Assembly: GCA_001795615.1 (NCBI GenBank)
Contig: MGKI01000006.1
Span: 3,636 to 67,635 of the forward strand
From: Candidatus Yanofskybacteria bacterium RIFCSPLOWO2_01_FULL_42_49
GTDB taxonomy: Bacteria; Patescibacteriota; Minisyncoccia; 2-02-FULL-40-12; GWA2-44-9
DNA length: 64,000 nucleotides
Direction of reading: 5' to 3'
Both the position numbers and the translations under genes were made by a program. Every line of letters begins with the position of its first letter. The stretch's first letter is position 1. This document shows, one piece after another, positions 58,494-64,000 of this stretch. The notes beneath the pieces are model-generated. The model did not search any database and was not told the origin of the DNA. It saw only the letters and a program-made list of their open reading frames with translations.

Positions 58494-61400
58494 CTATTTC
58501 TCAATTAATTCCACGTTCAATCCTAACCCCTTAATTTCCGACAGCAAGACTTTAAATGATTCCGGCAAATGCGGGGCCCTTATTTCTTCTCCGTTAACTA
58601 TTGATTCATAGGTTTTTGCCCTTCCAAGCACATCGTCAGATTTTATCGTAAGCATTTCCTGCAAAGTATAAGCAGCACCATAGCCTTCAAGGGCCCACAC
58701 TTCCATTTCTCCAAATCTTTGGCCACCAAACTGCGCCTTGCCTCCAAGGGGCTGCTGAGTAATCAACGAGTAGGGGCCGATGGACCTCATATGAAGCTTG
58801 TCCTCAACCATGTGGCTCAATTTCATAAAGTAAGTGATGCCAACGGTTGATTTCTGTCCAAAAGGCAATCCAGTCTTTCCGTCAAAAAGCTGCATCTTTC
58901 CGTCAACGGGAAAACCGGCCTTTTTTAATTCCTCCATAATAAGCTCCTCCGACGGCCCTGCCATGGCCGGTGTCGCGGCTTTATAGCCAAGTTTTTTAGC
59001 GGCTATCCCCAAGTGAGCTTCAAGCACCTGTCCGATATTCATACGGGAAATAATGCCCAGAGGACTCAATACAATGTCAACCGGGGTGCCGTCTTCAAGA
59101 AAGGGTAAATCTTCTTCCGGTAAAATGACGGATATGACTCCTTTGTTGCCGTGACGGCCAGCGAGTTTGTCTCCTATTTGAACCTTCCTAAGCTGTGCCA
59201 CCGATACTTGTATTTTTTTGATAACTCCCACATCCAGTTTGTCCCCTTCATCTCTTGAAAATGTTTTAACGCCGACAACCCTGCCCTGCTTTCCGTAATC
59301 AAGACGAAGCGAAGTGTCTTTAACATCTCGGGATTTCTCTCCAAATATGGCCTTCAAGAGCCGTTCTTCTGCGGTAAGATCGCTTTCGCCCTTTGGAGAT
59401 ATTTTGCCGATAAGAATATCCTGCGATCTGACTTCGGCGCCTATTCTTACCACGCCGTCGGGATCAAGGTCATTTAGCCGCTCCATCGCTACATTCGGAA
59501 TATCATAAGTCGTTATCTCTGGCCCCAACTTTGTTTCTCTCACATCGCAGATATAGTCCTCGACATGTATGCTTGAAAATACATCTTCTTTTATCAATCG
59601 CTCTGAAATAACAATGGCATCCTCAAAATTAGATCCCTCAAAAGACATATACGCAACAACTAAATTGGCGCCTAAAGCCAACTCGCCCTTCTCAGTAGAA
59701 GGACCGTCGGCCAGTACTTGCCCTTTTTTAACTTTTTCGCCTCTTGCAACCAACGGTCTTTGATTTATTGATGTAAATTTATTTGACTTAGCAAATTTTA
59801 GAAGTTTAAATTCATGCTTTTTGCCCTTATCTGACTCAAAAACAATATGAGAAGCATCGACTTCTTTAATGGTTCCGTTTTCGGGAGCAATTACCATAAC
59901 GCCCGAATCAACAGCAACTCTTGATTCAAGACCAGTTCCGACAAAAGGCGATTCGGGTTTTATCAAAGGTACAGCTTGTCTCTGCATATTGGAACCCATC
60001 AGAGCCCTGTTGGCATCGTCATGCTCTAAGAATGGAATGAGAGAGGTAGACACTGAAAATTGCTGCTTTGGAGAAACATCCATATAGTTAATATCTTTGG
60101 GTTCAGCCGTGCCCGGTTCTCCGTGAATACGGGCAGTTACTTTGTCGCCGACAAGATTATTGTCTTTATCAAGAGGAGCTCCTGCTGAAGCAATAATAAA
60201 TTTCTCTTCTTCCACGGCATCCATATATTCTATTTCGTCGGTAACCTTTCCTTTGGTTACTTTTCTGTACGGGGTAAGAATAAAGCCGAGATCTGATATT
60301 TTTGAATACAGGGCAAGGTGGCCCACAAGACCTATGTTCGGACCTTCCGGAGTAGCAATGGGACAAATTCTTCCATAATGAGAAGGGTGGACATCTCTTA
60401 CCTCAAAACTGGCCCTCTCTCTGGTAAGACCGCCCGGACCAAGAGCTGACAACCTTCGTTTGTGTTCAAGTTCTGATAAAGGATTATCCTGATCCATAAA
60501 TTGAGACAACTGGCCGGATGAGAAAAATTCTTTCAAAGCCGCCACAAAAGGCCTTGCGTTTATAAGCTGGGATGGCAGAACGGTTGCAAGGTCTGATGTG
60601 CTCATTCTGTCTTTGATAATCCTTTCCATTCGAGCAAAAGCAATTCTTAACCGGTCCTGAAGCAACTCACCGAGAGTTTTAACTCTCCTGTTGCCCAAGT
60701 GGTCTATATTATCGGGTTGCGCAGAAGGATCGTTGTTTAAACGGATAATTTCTCTGAGAATGTTAACAATATCTTTTGCCCGGAGAACACGATCCTCAGC
60801 TTTATCTACAATTAAGTTCTCTCCGAATCTCTTGTTCATTCTAAAACGGCCAACTTTGGACAAATCATATCTGGAGGGATTGAAAAAAAGATTATGGACC
60901 ATCTGCTTTGCATTATCCGGAGTCGCCGGATCACCGGGTCTTATGCGCTTATAAAGCTCAATAAACCCTTCCTCCTCATTAGAAGAGGGGTCTTGCAGAA
61001 TAGTCGCAAGTATATACTTAACATTGGGGTCTGTGTCTACATCGGCAAATAATTTCTTTATTTCCTCGTCGTCTTTAATCCCAAACGCCCTTAAAAGCGC
61101 TGTGGCGGCAACTTTTCTTTTTCGGTCTATTCTTACAGAAATAACTCCGTTATACTCTGTTTCAAATTCAAGCCACGCGCCTCTTGATGGAATTAGTTTT
61201 GCTCCAAAAAATCTTTTATACCTGCTTGATCTGGATAGAGAAAAGAACGCGCCGGGACTCCTGATAAGCTGTGAAATGACAACCCTCTCAATGCCATTTA
61301 TAATAAAAGTTCCTCTTTGAGTCATTAGAGGAAAGTCGGTGAGAAAAAGTTCCTGATCTCTTTCTTGTCCCGTTTTCTTGTCGATCAGCCGTATTTTAAC

Positions 61401-61712
61401 TTTCAGAGGAGCCTCATGTGTAATGTTCTTTTCTATGGATGTCCTCTCGTCGTATTTGGGCTCGTCTAATTTATAATCTAAAAAGTGGAGTTCGAGTTCT
61501 TTATTGGTCCAGTCTTCAACCGGAGAAACTTCTTTCAACAGCTCCTTGAGTCCGTAATTTAAAAACCAATTATAAGAATCCAGCTGAACCTGAACAAGAT
61601 TTGGCGCTTCTGATTCTGAATAATTTGCTCCGTATTTTGAAAATATTTTACGCATTTGGTGAAAATGGCCTTTTATTCTCCCTGGCGAGCTTGGAAGTTC
61701 CCGTACAGACAA
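58494..61712 (-). CDS. rpoB: DNA-directed RNA polymerase subunit beta (TTG start)
   Basis: Conserved rpoB blocks throughout 1072 aa; start codon TTG at 61712. Confidence 0.95.
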   Translation of the reverse strand: MSVRELPSSPGRIKGHFHQMRKIFSKYGANYSESEAPNLVQVQLDSYNWFLNYGLKELLKEVSPVEDWTNKELELHFLDYKLDEPKYDERTSIEKNITHEAPLKVKIRLIDKKTGQERDQELFLTDFPLMTQRGTFIINGIERVVISQLIRSPGAFFSLSRSSRYKRFFGAKLIPSRGAWLEFETEYNGVISVRIDRKRKVAATALLRAFGIKDDEEIKKLFADVDTDPNVKYILATILQDPSSNEEEGFIELYKRIRPGDPATPDNAKQMVHNLFFNPSRYDLSKVGRFRMNKRFGENLIVDKAEDRVLRAKDIVNILREIIRLNNDPSAQPDNIDHLGNRRVKTLGELLQDRLRIAFARMERIIKDRMSTSDLATVLPSQLINARPFVAALKEFFSSGQLSQFMDQDNPLSELEHKRRLSALGPGGLTRERASFEVRDVHPSHYGRICPIATPEGPNIGLVGHLALYSKISDLGFILTPYRKVTKGKVTDEIEYMDAVEEEKFIIASAGAPLDKDNNLVGDKVTARIHGEPGTAEPKDINYMDVSPKQQFSVSTSLIPFLEHDDANRALMGSNMQRQAVPLIKPESPFVGTGLESRVAVDSGVMVIAPENGTIKEVDASHIVFESDKGKKHEFKLLKFAKSNKFTSINQRPLVARGEKVKKGQVLADGPSTEKGELALGANLVVAYMSFEGSNFEDAIVISERLIKEDVFSSIHVEDYICDVRETKLGPEITTYDIPNVAMERLNDLDPDGVVRIGAEVRSQDILIGKISPKGESDLTAEERLLKAIFGEKSRDVKDTSLRLDYGKQGRVVGVKTFSRDEGDKLDVGVIKKIQVSVAQLRKVQIGDKLAGRHGNKGVISVILPEEDLPFLEDGTPVDIVLSPLGIISRMNIGQVLEAHLGIAAKKLGYKAATPAMAGPSEELIMEELKKAGFPVDGKMQLFDGKTGLPFGQKSTVGITYFMKLSHMVEDKLHMRSIGPYSLITQQPLGGKAQFGGQRFGEMEVWALEGYGAAYTLQEMLTIKSDDVLGRAKTYESIVNGEEIRAPHLPESFKVLLSEIKGLGLNVELIEK

Positions 61713-61718
61713 TAAAAT

Positions 61719-61760
61719 AAATCCGCTATCGATAGCGTTACGGGATTTTTTATTTAATTT
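61719..61760. promoter_or_regulatory. Palindromic hairpin (cgctatcgatagcg with outer aatcc/ggatt) plus T-runs, immediately 5' of rpoB start: leader attenuator/terminator for upstream gene
   Basis: Seen directly. Confidence 0.45.
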
Positions 61761-61866
61761 TAATTAAAGAAGCGAAACAATGGGCTGCTCAATTTAGCAA
61801 TTAAACAATCAAGCAATCGGATGCGAGTTTAGTATTTGTTAATTAAATTGTTTGGTTGTCTAGTTG

Positions 61867-62124
61867 TTAAATTATTAGAGCTTTCGCTACTGAAATGAGC
61901 AACATCCCCGCAAGGGATCCTGCCTCAATTTCCCCTTCTATTTCAACACTTTTTAAGGATAATCCTCCTATTTTATTCTTATGGAGAGCTTTGTCAAGGG
62001 TCCTTATCAACAGAATATCAAAACCTTGACCCACTGTCAAATGAGTGTCTGCTACAACTTTGTTTCCTTTTTTAAGTCGTATTTTAACAACTCCTGGTTT
62101 AGTAACATCAAAAATGACACTCAT
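61867..62124 (-). CDS. Hypothetical protein (85 aa)
   Basis: ORF with plausible composition; no motif recognised. Confidence 0.35.
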   Translation of the reverse strand: MSVIFDVTKPGVVKIRLKKGNKVVADTHLTVGQGFDILLIRTLDKALHKNKIGGLSLKSVEIEGEIEAGSLAGMLLISVAKALII

Positions 62125-62317
62125 TTGAAAATCTCGAAATCCTAATCTCTAAACTCTAAACAAACCCCTGCCTACCGGCAGGCAGGCAAAATTCAAATCT
62201 CAAAACAGCCCTTCAAGCATGTTCGCCAAAGGCGAACAGTTTTGAATTTAGATATTTGATATTGTTTAGGATTTAGGATTTTGAGTTTAGGGTTTGGAGT
62301 ATTAGACGTTATGGTTT
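62125..62317. repeat. Heptamer-family palindromic element with central GC hairpins (cctgcc..ggcagg; gttcgccaaaggcgaac)
   Basis: aatcctaatctctaaactctaaacaaaccc ... tttagatatttgatattgtttaggatttaggattttgagtttagggtttgg. Confidence 0.55.
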
Positions 62318-63457
62318 TCAACCATAACGTCTAATACTCTGTAGTATCCCCAATCCTATCATAAGAGAAATCAGATTGCTGCCGCCGTAACTTAAGAACG
62401 GGAAAGAGAGTCCGGTCACCGGAAGCAGTCCTATGTTAACTCCGGCACTGACAAATACATGGGAACCTATAAAAATGGACAGGCCTATGGAAAAAAGTTT
62501 TCCAAAGTTAGAAACAGTCCTTGATCCTACATAAAGAATACGCGACATGATAGTCGTGGCCATTGCCATGACAACGGCTATGCCAACTAGTCCGAATTGT
62601 TCGGCAAAAGCGGCAAAGGCAAAATCATTGTGAGGTTCAGGCAAAAACCCAAGGTTGCTTTGGGAACCCTTTCCAAGTCCGTTGCCAAATATATATCCCG
62701 AACCGATGGCTATTTTTGACTGGATAATATTATAGCCGCTTCCCCTTGGATCATTGTAGGGATTTAGGAAGGAGGTTATCCTTGTTTTTTGATACGGCTG
62801 TAATGCAAAAAGCCATGCTAAATAACCGACTGATATCCCCGCCATTAGAAGCATAAACAGGTGGCGTTTATTTATCCCGGCCGCCAAAAGAACGCCCAGC
62901 CATATTGCTAAAAATATAACGGAAGAGCCCAGATCCGGCTGAAGGAATATTATAGCAAACGGCAAAGAAAAATATATGCCGGCCACAATTATGTGGCGAA
63001 AGTCGTTTATGTGAATATGTCTTTGAGAGAAATATTTCGCCATCAACACAATAAGCATCAGTTTGGCCAGTTCTACCGGTTCAAATGTTAAGTTCCCCAG
63101 AATAATCCAAGAATTCACTCCTCGGACAGATCGAGAATAAAAAGTCAGAAGCAATAAAAATATTGAAAAAAAGTAAAAACCAAGCACCGGCAAAGAATAA
63201 TTTTTCAGATATCGATAATTAAAGAACGAAAAAACGATCATAACCAACACGCCGATGGCGATAAAAACCAGTTGTTTTTTAAAAAGCGGACTATCGGCGC
63301 CGGAAACTCCCCATAAGTTTACAGCCCCTAACAAAGAAATTGCCACCACTGTGGCAAAAAGAGGGAAATCGATTTCCGCAAAATATTCCCTAATAATATT
63401 TCTGAAACCTTTCCTGTGTCCCATATCTTTTAATAAAATTTGAGTTTTCAAAAACAT
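62318..63457 (-). CDS. SEDS-family peptidoglycan polymerase (RodA/FtsW)
   Basis: 10-TM pattern, conserved SEDS blocks (GSxxxLxLGxxxxQP-like, PLPFLSYGGSNL). Confidence 0.8.
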   Translation of the reverse strand: MFLKTQILLKDMGHRKGFRNIIREYFAEIDFPLFATVVAISLLGAVNLWGVSGADSPLFKKQLVFIAIGVLVMIVFSFFNYRYLKNYSLPVLGFYFFSIFLLLLTFYSRSVRGVNSWIILGNLTFEPVELAKLMLIVLMAKYFSQRHIHINDFRHIIVAGIYFSLPFAIIFLQPDLGSSVIFLAIWLGVLLAAGINKRHLFMLLMAGISVGYLAWLFALQPYQKTRITSFLNPYNDPRGSGYNIIQSKIAIGSGYIFGNGLGKGSQSNLGFLPEPHNDFAFAAFAEQFGLVGIAVVMAMATTIMSRILYVGSRTVSNFGKLFSIGLSIFIGSHVFVSAGVNIGLLPVTGLSFPFLSYGGSNLISLMIGLGILQSIRRYG

Positions 63458-63959
63458 TAGTCAAGACCTCAATGTCTTGCCTCGCTATGTTGGCCGGTAG
63501 TTTAACCGGCCAGCTTACTTTGAAATACCTTTCGGTCCTGGAAATAAAAGTTCTGATATCTGTCTTGTCTGCCGCAACGATATTATTATCTTCACCAAAT
63601 AATACAACCCCCACTTCAACTTTATCAAAGTCAAAGTCAGAATTATTCAGTATTATAGCTTCAAACTCGCTGAAAGTTCCGTTCTTGTCTATAACCGCGT
63701 AATTCTTGCTCTGAATGGGAAAACTGATATTTTCAAATTCTTCAACCTTCCCCCACTCCACTTCAGTAATATTAAGAACACCGTCATTCAATACACTATT
63801 ACTCCGTATCCCCGAAACAATAAGATAACGGGTCTGTCCCGGCAACATATAGAAAGTACCTGTTTTGTTAAAAGATGTTCCGTCTTCTGCCGACAAGACT
63901 AGGCTGTACCTGGCCAAAATTGCCCCAAAGAAGGAATTGGGATTGTTTACTCGGGACAC
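63390..63959 (-). CDS. Hypothetical protein; 3' end overlaps SEDS gene start by 68 nt (N-terminus may extend beyond the ORF-track Met)
   Basis: 189-aa ORF, no motif recognised. Confidence 0.35.
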   Translation of the reverse strand: MSRVNNPNSFFGAILARYSLVLSAEDGTSFNKTGTFYMLPGQTRYLIVSGIRSNSVLNDGVLNITEVEWGKVEEFENISFPIQSKNYAVIDKNGTFSEFEAIILNNSDFDFDKVEVGVVLFGEDNNIVAADKTDIRTFISRTERYFKVSWPVKLPANIARQDIEVLTNVFENSNFIKRYGTQERFQKYY

Positions 63960-64000
63960 AAAGTCATAGTCGCCCGGTTCAATTTCAATAAGTTTCTGGG

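Overview
This 64 kb window looks like a gene-dense core chromosomal region of a streamlined, moderately AT-rich bacterium. From the sequence alone I cannot place it beyond a candidate-phylum (possibly Patescibacteria/CPR-like) lineage, and that is inference. Supporting hints are an archaeal-type bifunctional PGI/PMI, a shortened UvrC, K/R-rich N-terminal extensions on RpoD and RNase J, no rplI after rpsR, and a lone purF.

Most ORFs lie on the minus strand and are housekeeping genes. These include a DEAD-box helicase (partial, found by re-translating the minus strand), dnaG-rpoD, purF-like, pyrG, groES-groEL with a CIRCE operator, htpX-lemA, rpoB-rpoC, ftsK, recA, rpsF-ssb-rpsR, trpS, RNase J, ychF and secG. 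There is also a MoxR/DUF58/vWA (Bat-like) operon, a HicAB toxin-antitoxin pair, several secreted peptidases, and a thiolase/DUF35 pair with translationally coupled overlapping start and stop. Two tRNAs missing from the ORF track are called: tRNA-Ser(GGA) on the minus strand and tRNA-Leu(CAG) on the plus strand.

The most unusual signals are non-coding:
- A conserved, hairpin-rich leader of about 170 nt is present in two copies, directly upstream of groES and of ssb. The final ~20 nt before the ATG are identical in the two copies, and one stem shows compensatory changes.
- A dispersed family of AT-rich palindromic intergenic elements is built from TCTAAAT/ATTTAGA-type heptamers. Members are also inserted in-frame within dnaG and uvrC, and a (GGTTTTA)n microsatellite sits between rpoB and rpoC.
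- A family of small GC hairpins with CGCCAG/CTGGCG-type stems recurs, including two tandem copies in-frame inside uvrC.
- A roughly 1.1 kb hairpin-dense region downstream of rpsR has no credible ORF.
- A perfect 37-bp palindrome carries two convergent consensus DnaA boxes.
- A 130-bp MITE-like inverted repeat lies upstream of recA.
- A nested-hairpin leader precedes the helicase gene.

No CRISPR array, rRNA or obvious mobile-element gene was seen.
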